A stretch of DNA of 64,000 nt from IMG/VR virus record IMGVR_UViG_3300008113_000012, positions 44,456-108,455 of that record; one strand, written 5' to 3'. How positions within the stretch are numbered: position 1 is the first letter of the stretch; the number at the start of each line of letters is the position of its first letter. The position numbers were made by a program, and so were the translations under genes. The notes under the pieces were generated by a model. The model saw nothing but the letters and a program-made list of their open reading frames with translations, was not told the DNA's origin and made no database searches. Positions 37,933-45,772 of this stretch are shown in pieces. This DNA comes from a virus.

Positions 37933-38674
37933 TATAAAGCAATTTGTTTGTCTTGGCGGTTTGCCTAGGACAGGATCCACTTTACTTTCTGCGATTCTTT
38001 CGCAAAATCCTGAGATACATGCAGAGGGCAATTCTGCTGTTTGTCAAATAATGTCCGATATATTGGTTACTTGCGAAACTCTTGCAAAAGAACAACTCAC
38101 GGCAAATAATAGAGAACATACTAAAATAGATTTAATTAAAGAAATTCCTAACATCTATTATAAAGATGTAACTGCTTCTGTTATTGTTGACAAGTGTAGA
38201 TCTTGGCCAACTAAGGATAATCAACTTTTATATAGACAACTCACTGCAAATCCTAAAACAATAATATTAACAAGACCTCTAGAAGAAATTGTTAAATCAT
38301 TTATAAATCTATTTGAAGAAAACGGATACACTGGCAATCTTGAAAAACGTTTTTCAGAGATATGGTCCGCAGCTATTACACATGCAATCGAAGGTATTAA
38401 ATGGGCTAAACAGAATAATACTGGAGAGTTTTTGTTTGTGTCGTACGATGAACTAACAACTGATACAGAAGCAACTATTAAAAAAATATATTCGTTTTGC
38501 GAATGGAAGAGTTTTAATCATAACTTTAATTCTATAGTAAACATGCATCCGGAAAATGACGATGTATATCAATTAAAAGGCATGCATGACATTAGAAGTA
38601 GTGTATCAAAAAGAAAATTAACTACACAACTATCTCCTGCAATGTTAAAACAATGCAGAGCATTAGACATTTAA
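37925..38674 (+). CDS. Sulfotransferase family protein
   Basis: GLPRTGSTLL 5'-phosphosulfate-binding loop; DK; R...E...S 3'-phosphate-binding motif; VSYDEL. Confidence 0.85.
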   Translation: MANIKQFVCLGGLPRTGSTLLSAILSQNPEIHAEGNSAVCQIMSDILVTCETLAKEQLTANNREHTKIDLIKEIPNIYYKDVTASVIVDKCRSWPTKDNQLLYRQLTANPKTIILTRPLEEIVKSFINLFEENGYTGNLEKRFSEIWSAAITHAIEGIKWAKQNNTGEFLFVSYDELTTDTEATIKKIYSFCEWKSFNHNFNSIVNMHPENDDVYQLKGMHDIRSSVSKRKLTTQLSPAMLKQCRALDI

Positions 38675-39120
38675 ATTAAATCAATAATTTCAAATACTGT
38701 TTGTAATTTAGTCTTAATAGTCTTATTAGAAAAACTTACTCTTAGTCCTTGATGTAAAGGTTTAGGAGGATTTTCAATCGTTGCCCAAGCCCATCCAATA
38801 TGCTCTTCACTTAATATTGGAACAAATTCATTATCTACTAGGCATAGATATGTATGAAAATTAAATCCAGCATCATTACTAACAAACGTTTCGATAGGAA
38901 TTGTTTTTAAGATAGTAAAATTACTACCAACTTCTTCAGCAATTTCTCTCTGTAGTCCTTGCCAAGGATTTTCACCTTCGTTGTTAGTGCCTCCAACAAG
39001 CCCCCATGTACCGGAATGCTTGCCTTCTGCTTTTTGTAACAATAAAAATCTGCGAGTATTTTTGGCGTAAATTAATGCACCACTGCATACTATCTTGTCA
39101 GTTATAGAGCTATTCTCCAT
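38671..39120 (-). CDS. Nudix hydrolase
   Basis: Nudix box GGTNNEGENPWQGLQREIAEEVG. Confidence 0.88.
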   Translation of the reverse strand: MENSSITDKIVCSGALIYAKNTRRFLLLQKAEGKHSGTWGLVGGTNNEGENPWQGLQREIAEEVGSNFTILKTIPIETFVSNDAGFNFHTYLCLVDNEFVPILSEEHIGWAWATIENPPKPLHQGLRVSFSNKTIKTKLQTVFEIIDLI

Positions 39121-40982
39121 TGTCCTTTCTTATACTCGCCTTCAAATGTTTTTGCCCACTCAACTCCGTTCCATCTATATTGAGTCTCAGTATAGAAATT
39201 TGTTTGATGAACTAAAGTCTCTGTATTTTCTTGTGCTGAAAATACTGTTATCCAATTGTCTCCGTCCCACTCAATAATATCATTTACTTCTGCAACAGTA
39301 TCAGTACCGTCACTGTTCTTCCATGCATCAGGACCGTCGTAGTTTAGATTTAATTCATATGTGACTTCATCATCTGTTTGTATTTCTATATTTGAAACAA
39401 TTACAAATTCTTTATCAGCACTTTGACCACCAACTCTAAACGTACTAATACTACCTTGCGGACTATTTACACCAGTAACAGTTATGATGCAATCGTTTGT
39501 GACATTTATTCCGCCTAGCTTGTTACCTCTAACTCTAATTCTGTCACCTTCTGCGTATCCTGTTCCTGCACTATTCCCAATAACGGCAGAATACATACCA
39601 GTTGACAATAATTGTGTAACATTAAAAGTTGCACCACTACCGCTTCCTGAAATAGTTGTACTTATAGTATTATAAAAAACAGGATTAGCCAAAGGCGATG
39701 ACACTACTTCTACCCCATTAACTAATAATTTATGATCGTTAACTTTTTTATGTAGTATATTAGTATAAACATAATAAGATTTAGCAGCAGCAATAAATGT
39801 ATCTCTAATGGTGCCACCTATACTATCAACAATTAAATATCTAACGCCAGTTTCAATTAGTTGATCTGTCCTTTCTTTATTAGGACGTTTAGGGTTGAAA
39901 GAAGTCGGGTCAACGATAGCGTCAAAGTAGCCCCATCGTCCTTCTATCCTAGCAGGTCCTTCTATAAGTGTATTAGAAGGAAATGTATCACTATCCCATG
40001 ATGTAACTAACAGTGTAAAATCGGTTGGATGAACACTAATAGTACCAACTACTTCGGTGCCATCAGGCTGTCTTAGAAAGATTTTACTTAACCCTGAAGT
40101 TATTTTGCCCGGAAACTGACGTAGTGCCATGTCCCAAGATAACCAAGTACCGGGACTAACTTCGTTGCTACGCATACGAATAATATTAGATTCTACAACA
40201 ATGTCAAAATTACCTATTGTAACTCTAGTTTCAAATAATGCTCCGACTGGGTCAACTTGTCCAGTTGCAGTATCAACTCCTAGTCCTTCGATATAGTCTT
40301 GGACAGCATCGCTTTTACCGCCATATATGTTATTAACAATGCTAGTAACAATACCTAATTTCTTAACTTTAACTGGCGGGCTTAGCCATACTGGAGTTTT
40401 TAAAGTTAATGTAGCAATATCAATTGCACTGTTTGTTCCTACAGGAACACTTCGTGAACTAAACACTACATCGCCTAATTCAACAACGCTTAAACTAGTC
40501 CAGTCAATGTAATTATCTGTAGTTTGTATTTCTAAACTTGGGTTAAACAATGTTAGTAGTTGTTCAAGTATTTGTAATTTTTGATCAGTACTTGTACTCC
40601 ATATGTCAACTTTAAGACTAAGATCAAACGGAGTTGGCATTAAACGCTCAACAGTATATTGACCGCCTTGTGTATATTCATATGCACCAGTTTCTTCATT
40701 AATTGCACGTTCTCGTATGTGTAACTTACCTACATAAGTAGAGTCACCCATCCTGTCTCTGGCTAGATCTAAATCGCTAACATATACCGCAATACGAGGA
40801 GCACTAGCTACAGCATTTTCGCTGTTTTGATTAATGATACTGGCAGCTTGTCTATCTTGATCTCCATACATAACAGGAACACGAACTAAGGTTCCGTCAC
40901 TATACTTGACTACAAAGTTAGATACTAGTCTAACTACCTGTGTAATATATCGTCTTAATTGGCCGTCATAAAAATGTTGCAT
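39102..40982 (-). CDS. gp15: Tail terminator/sheath stabilizer (T4 gp15-like) with C-terminal extension
   Basis: HFYD...RRY, VPVMYG, PRIAV, MPTPFDL...IW, QILEQLL.LFNP motifs; adjacent to gp14 and gp13. Confidence 0.8.
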   Translation of the reverse strand: MQHFYDGQLRRYITQVVRLVSNFVVKYSDGTLVRVPVMYGDQDRQAASIINQNSENAVASAPRIAVYVSDLDLARDRMGDSTYVGKLHIRERAINEETGAYEYTQGGQYTVERLMPTPFDLSLKVDIWSTSTDQKLQILEQLLTLFNPSLEIQTTDNYIDWTSLSVVELGDVVFSSRSVPVGTNSAIDIATLTLKTPVWLSPPVKVKKLGIVTSIVNNIYGGKSDAVQDYIEGLGVDTATGQVDPVGALFETRVTIGNFDIVVESNIIRMRSNEVSPGTWLSWDMALRQFPGKITSGLSKIFLRQPDGTEVVGTISVHPTDFTLLVTSWDSDTFPSNTLIEGPARIEGRWGYFDAIVDPTSFNPKRPNKERTDQLIETGVRYLIVDSIGGTIRDTFIAAAKSYYVYTNILHKKVNDHKLLVNGVEVVSSPLANPVFYNTISTTISGSGSGATFNVTQLLSTGMYSAVIGNSAGTGYAEGDRIRVRGNKLGGINVTNDCIITVTGVNSPQGSISTFRVGGQSADKEFVIVSNIEIQTDDEVTYELNLNYDGPDAWKNSDGTDTVAEVNDIIEWDGDNWITVFSAQENTETLVHQTNFYTETQYRWNGVEWAKTFEGEYKKGQWRIAL

Positions 40983-42565
40983 TAGAAATCTGCCTTAGGT
41001 CTAAGAGCTTTACTGATACTCTGTCTTTCTGATTCTCGCTTATTGTATAATGTAACAGTCCATTGTCCAGGCAACGGTAATTTAACTCCATCAGGTAAAG
41101 TAATTCTAATAAAATTAGTTGTATTACCTACTACATTATACGATGTGATTATATTTTCATTCTCACTAACAACATAATCAAACTCTATAACAGACTGTTC
41201 AATTACAACATACAACGCTGTGTTGTACAAATCATAATCTATTAATGTATTGATAGTGTTACCTGTATTAGGCTGATTATCAATAAACGTCTGCCCAAAT
41301 GTAACAACATCATCAGCAACTGACATAGTGTAAGTATATTTTTTATTGTTAATAAATCCAAGTCTGTGAGTTTTTCTACTATCAGTGTTAGTCATAGTAT
41401 GACGTACAGCATCTTCTATCTTAATCCAACGTTGCCCGTCATATCTAAACAGTCTATTTGGCATCATATCGTTGCGCAAAAAGTAGTCATCAGCTTGTGC
41501 TCCTGCAGGGAAAGCAATACCAAACCCAAAATCTGCACCATTCGGTGGAACACCATCTCCGATCAAATATCCTGCATATCCAGCACGTTTAGGTTTTGCT
41601 GCCATTGCATCTGCACTAAGAGTAGTAGTGCTTGCATCTGGCGGAGTTGATGAATCATCTGCTGTATATAACTTAGGTTGTCCTTTTTCATCAACTGCTA
41701 ATGTATATAAATGTCTAGTTTCATATCCACTGTTCGGAGCATCTGCCTCAGCTTGTGCAATAATTGCATCATTAATTTGTAAATTTTTACTATTAGTACT
41801 GAGAATATCTTGTAGACTCTGACCACCATATGCACTAAAGAAACTAGAATTTGGAGGCGGAGTGTTGACAGGCGTGCTAGCTGTAACAGTATACAATGTA
41901 CCTTGATAGCGAACAATTTGTCCTGTAGTATATGTTTGTGTAGGATCATAATCTCCTACAAAGTTAGCATTGGTGTCTACTGGTTTAGTTAGAATATCAG
42001 CAAACTGTTGACTATCAACTATCTTTTTAAGTTTTAATCTGTATAAATGCGGATACCAAGTTTTACTAAATCCTTCAGCAGCACGACCTATATCATCAAT
42101 TACAAAATAACGAGGCATCGCAACGTCAAACTCATTAAGTGCAAATTCGTCACGTAGATGAGGTAGTTCTAATACGTCTCCGCTTAGTGGTTTACGCCCT
42201 ACTGTACTAACAAAATCATTAATATGCACAGTCATAAAAACTGTATCTTGATCAATAAACAATCCAAACTGACTTAAATTAAAATCAATATCTTGTACAT
42301 TATAAATGCCACGTAGTGTAAAGATAGAACTATCATATTTTCTATCACGATTTTCTAAAAATAGCAAGTCTTGTATGTTTGTTTCTTTAACTGCATCATA
42401 CATAGGTTGATCTGCTGTAGATTCTCCTTCGAGTGGATTTTTAGGTCCTAAGTATTTGTGCAAGTATATATCAGTACCGCCCACCTGAAACATTTCAGAT
42501 ATGTTGCGATCTAGGAACTTGTAATCGTTGCCCTTTTCGGGTTTGTAAAGTGATAAACGTGGCAT
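40982..42565 (-). CDS. gp14: Neck protein (T4 gp14-like), extended; probable start MPRLSLY at 42565
   Basis: GGTDIYLHKY, LSQFGL, GRKPLSGDVLELP motifs; TAATG coupling to gp15. Confidence 0.7.
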   Translation of the reverse strand: MPRLSLYKPEKGNDYKFLDRNISEMFQVGGTDIYLHKYLGPKNPLEGESTADQPMYDAVKETNIQDLLFLENRDRKYDSSIFTLRGIYNVQDIDFNLSQFGLFIDQDTVFMTVHINDFVSTVGRKPLSGDVLELPHLRDEFALNEFDVAMPRYFVIDDIGRAAEGFSKTWYPHLYRLKLKKIVDSQQFADILTKPVDTNANFVGDYDPTQTYTTGQIVRYQGTLYTVTASTPVNTPPPNSSFFSAYGGQSLQDILSTNSKNLQINDAIIAQAEADAPNSGYETRHLYTLAVDEKGQPKLYTADDSSTPPDASTTTLSADAMAAKPKRAGYAGYLIGDGVPPNGADFGFGIAFPAGAQADDYFLRNDMMPNRLFRYDGQRWIKIEDAVRHTMTNTDSRKTHRLGFINNKKYTYTMSVADDVVTFGQTFIDNQPNTGNTINTLIDYDLYNTALYVVIEQSVIEFDYVVSENENIITSYNVVGNTTNFIRITLPDGVKLPLPGQWTVTLYNKRESERQSISKALRPKADF

Positions 42566-42572
42566 AGTAGTA

Positions 42573-42589
42573 TATTTAGCGCATAAATA
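42573..42589. promoter_or_regulatory. Back-to-back divergent late promoters
   Basis: TATTTA-gcgca-TAAATA between the divergent gp14 and gp13 starts. Confidence 0.7.
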
Positions 42590-42604
42590 ATACGGGAGAT
42601 ACAA

Positions 42605-43366
42605 ATGTCAGACAATCCACAAGCAGTTAAACAACAAGTTTTTGATTATTGCCGCACTATGCTAGGTGACGGTATGATTGACGTTGAACTCGATCCAATT
42701 CACTATGAAACAGCACTGGACAAGGCTCTAGTACGTTTTAGACAACGAAGCCCTAATGCAGTAGAAGAAAGCTACATGTTTTTAGAATTAAAAAAGGATC
42801 AAAATGATTACATATTGCCTAGAGAAGTTATTAATGTGCAATCAGTATTTCGTAGAACTTTGGGATCAAGAACTGGTGGAGGAACTGGTACAAACTTTGA
42901 ACCTTTCAATCTTGCGTACACTAATACGTATTTGTTAAACAGCACCATGCTGGGCGGCATAGCTACCTACTATATGTTTGCCAGTTATCAAGAAATGATT
43001 GGTAAAATTTTTGGTAGTTTTATTGAATTTCAATGGATTCCTACAAGCCGCATACTAAGAATATTACAACGTCCATTTAGTGAAGGCGAAACACTATTAC
43101 TACGCTGCCAGAACTTTAGACCAGATTACACAATTATTGAAGACATTTATGCTAAACAGTGGATACGTGACTATAGTCTAGCTAACTGTAAAATTATGTT
43201 AGGTGAAGCCCGTAGCAAGTTTGCTAGTATTGCTGGCCCGCAAGGTGGCGGCAGTCTAAATGGTGGGGATCTAAAGAGTGACGGTAAAGCAGATTTAGAA
43301 AAGTTAGATAAAGAATTAGAAACACTTGTTAGTGGTGGTACAGGTTATACATTTATCATAGGTTAA
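42605..43366 (+). CDS. gp13: Neck/head-tail adaptor (T4 gp13-like)
   Basis: YC..MLG..MIDVEL; WIRDY..A..K..LG..RSKF..I.GP.GG.SLNG. Confidence 0.85.
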   Translation: MSDNPQAVKQQVFDYCRTMLGDGMIDVELDPIHYETALDKALVRFRQRSPNAVEESYMFLELKKDQNDYILPREVINVQSVFRRTLGSRTGGGTGTNFEPFNLAYTNTYLLNSTMLGGIATYYMFASYQEMIGKIFGSFIEFQWIPTSRILRILQRPFSEGETLLLRCQNFRPDYTIIEDIYAKQWIRDYSLANCKIMLGEARSKFASIAGPQGGGSLNGGDLKSDGKADLEKLDKELETLVSGGTGYTFIIG

Positions 43367-43368
43367 AG

Positions 43369-43746
43369 ATGAAAGTTTACGATATTATTACAGAAGTTCG
43401 ACAGCCCAAGCCAACTAAAAGACAAGCACAGTCTACTAAGGGCATGGATATCTACGGTGATAAAGAAAGATCCGACAGCACCTATGTAGCGTTTAAGCTA
43501 GGGCAAGCTATGGCCTGTACAGACGGCAAATCAAAACCAGATATGGATGGGAAAAGCTGGTATGGTAAAAAGAAAACTATCCATCCTTATACTAAAGAAG
43601 AACACGACATGTTTGTTCAAGCTGCTAAAGTAGTAGGCGCAGATTACGAAGATTTAAATCACGGTGACATGCGTAGTTTAGAACTAGACACTACTAATAA
43701 AACAAGTCCAGTAGCTAAACCAAAGCGCAACAAATACGGTATATAA
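43369..43746 (+). CDS. Putative internal head protein
   Basis: N-terminus MKVYDIITE resembles the T4 capsid-targeting sequence. Confidence 0.55.
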   Translation: MKVYDIITEVRQPKPTKRQAQSTKGMDIYGDKERSDSTYVAFKLGQAMACTDGKSKPDMDGKSWYGKKKTIHPYTKEEHDMFVQAAKVVGADYEDLNHGDMRSLELDTTNKTSPVAKPKRNKYGI

Positions 43747-43799
43747 ATTTTTAACTAGTTAGGAGAAGTACTATATAATAGTAAATCTCTACACTGGAT

Positions 43800-44642
43800 A
43801 TGAAAAATAAAATATCAACTCTATACATTACCGGCGACAGTTTTAGTCAAATAATTCCCGACGATGTAAACGACCAACTTTGGCCGATACAGTTAGCTAG
43901 GGTTATCAATGCTAAACTACAAAACACTAGTTGTTACGGAGTTTCACAAGACTGGAATTGGTCTATTTTAGAAGAATGGTCAGATAAAATAACTTCAGAC
44001 GATCAGCTAATTGTAGTACTCACTGATCCGGGAAGATTTTGGTTCATTGAAGATAAACCTGAACTTTCAAATTCATGGATAGTAGAATCAGAATTTGAAA
44101 AATTAATAGGTAATAGTGAAATCAAAAAAGCAATCGAGTATTATATCCAATATATACAGCGACCTAAGATAGATTGTAGATTTTTAATGCATCGATTAGG
44201 CTGGCTTAATAATCTTGTAAGAATAAACAATTGGAAGAAGCCGTTAATACTACTAGCATTTGATCAATTCGTACCAAATCCTCAGCACTATCCTGATCTA
44301 ACAATTGTGCCCGGCAATTTAATGCATGTTTCCCATGCTGAAACAGATATCAATGATCCCATTGATTATAAATTTGTTGACACCCGACATAATCATTTTA
44401 CATTATCTAACCATACTATTTTAGCTACTAAAATAGGAAAGTTTCTAACAACTGGCGAAGAGATTGACTTAAAATCAGGTTTTATCAAAAACGTGTATAC
44501 GCAGACAGCAATTAATAATCCTGACTTTGTCAAGAATGAGTTGTCATTGGCAAATTTTGAAAGATATAAATTATACAAGTCAACACAGCCTGGAGACCAT
44601 ATTTCAATTATGAATCGCATTCGTGCTATGCAAAGAAAATAA
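43800..44642 (+). CDS. Hypothetical protein, SGNH/GDSL hydrolase-like
   Basis: N-terminal TGDSFS block and late NHFT motif; TATAAGTA upstream at 43776-43783. Confidence 0.5.
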   Translation: MKNKISTLYITGDSFSQIIPDDVNDQLWPIQLARVINAKLQNTSCYGVSQDWNWSILEEWSDKITSDDQLIVVLTDPGRFWFIEDKPELSNSWIVESEFEKLIGNSEIKKAIEYYIQYIQRPKIDCRFLMHRLGWLNNLVRINNWKKPLILLAFDQFVPNPQHYPDLTIVPGNLMHVSHAETDINDPIDYKFVDTRHNHFTLSNHTILATKIGKFLTTGEEIDLKSGFIKNVYTQTAINNPDFVKNELSLANFERYKLYKSTQPGDHISIMNRIRAMQRK

Positions 44643-44662
44643 TCAATCGGCAAAAAAATTTA

Positions 44663-44691
44663 TTGACAATTATATCTAATTATAGTACATT
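44663..44691 (+). promoter_or_regulatory. Sigma70-type promoter
   Basis: TTGACA-17 nt-TACATT with an upstream A-tract. Confidence 0.65.
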
Positions 44692-44712
44692 ATACTATTA
44701 CATGGGGGCAAT

Positions 44713-45408
44713 ATGATTATAGGTGTATGCGGGTTTATTGGTTCTGGCAAAGATACTGTTGCTGACTATCTTACAAATTTTCACGGATTTAGACGAGAAT
44801 CATTTGCCAATAGTTTGAAAGATGCAGTAGCACATGTATTTGGTTGGGACAGAACAATGCTCGAAGGGCGTACAAAACAGGCCCGTGAATGGCGTGAACA
44901 AGTAGATCCTTGGTGGGCAGACCGACTCGGCATTCCAACTCTTACTCCTCGTTGGGTCTTACAATATTGGGGAACAGAAGTGTGCCGTCGAGCATTTCAC
45001 GATGACATTTGGATTGCCAGCCTTGAAAATAAACTCCGAAACAGCCGAGACGACATTGTTATTAGTGACTGTCGCTTCCCTAACGAAATTAAATCAATTA
45101 AAGATGCAGGTGGCATTGTAGTACGTGTAGTTCGAGGACCTGAGCCAGACTGGTATCAAGATGCTATAGATATGAATGCAGGTGACCGTTGTATAACTTA
45201 TATGACTGCTAAAGTACGTATGCAAAAATTGGGAATACATGCTAGTGAAACTGCATGGGTTGGAACTAAGTTTGACTTAGTTCTAGATAACAATGCCACT
45301 ATTGATGACTTGTTTGCACAAGTTAAAAGTCTGGTTTTAGAGACCCCTGCTTCCATTGAAAACCCTCCTTATGGAGAGTCCTTTGGCAGTTTGCACACAC
45401 TGTCTTAA
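44713..45408 (+). CDS. gp1: Deoxynucleoside monophosphate kinase (T4 gp1-like)
   Basis: GFIGSGKDT P-loop, FA..LK, PR.VLQ..GTE, ISDCRFPNE, HASE. Confidence 0.92.
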   Translation: MIIGVCGFIGSGKDTVADYLTNFHGFRRESFANSLKDAVAHVFGWDRTMLEGRTKQAREWREQVDPWWADRLGIPTLTPRWVLQYWGTEVCRRAFHDDIWIASLENKLRNSRDDIVISDCRFPNEIKSIKDAGGIVVRVVRGPEPDWYQDAIDMNAGDRCITYMTAKVRMQKLGIHASETAWVGTKFDLVLDNNATIDDLFAQVKSLVLETPASIENPPYGESFGSLHTLS

Positions 45409-45664
45409 GATTTGCAGGACGGGAGTTATTTAGATTCCCGTCTACGTGGAACACATTAAACTGTTCCTTATACTTGCTTTTATAGCCACACTTATCGCAT
45501 TCTGACTTCATGCGATATCCATCTTGATACCACTTGGGCATACCTTTGCCTATTCCCCCATATCGAGCGCACACTTCGCATTTAGAGCGATAGAATACTC
45601 TACCTTCTTTACGATAGTTAATAGCAGCTGGTCTTAGCCCGCATCCGCATAGTGGTCTTATCAT
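45323..45664 (-). CDS. Small Zn-finger/HNH-like protein
   Basis: CGC, CEVC, CDKC, HVDGNLNN...NL..VCANC. Confidence 0.75.
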   Translation of the reverse strand: MIRPLCGCGLRPAAINYRKEGRVFYRSKCEVCARYGGIGKGMPKWYQDGYRMKSECDKCGYKSKYKEQFNVFHVDGNLNNSRPANLKTVCANCQRTLHKEGFQWKQGSLKPDF

Positions 45665-45668
45665 AGTG

Positions 45669-45739
45669 TATTTAGCTGCCCTTTTCGACGCCTTTTTGGT
45701 GGGTTATAACAAGCCAATTTTTGTTTTTATCAATAAATA
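45669..45739. promoter_or_regulatory. Divergent late promoter cores (minus 45669-45674; plus 45734-45739)
   Basis: TAAATA on each strand, upstream of the HNH gene and the sheath gene. Confidence 0.6.
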
Positions 45740-45772
45740 CTAGTAGAACAAAAACCTTAGGAGATTCCAAAG

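Noticed and set aside
45323-45664. Mobile homing endonuclease or intron
   Set aside because: Free-standing 113-aa ORF that interrupts no gene; no intron structure seen
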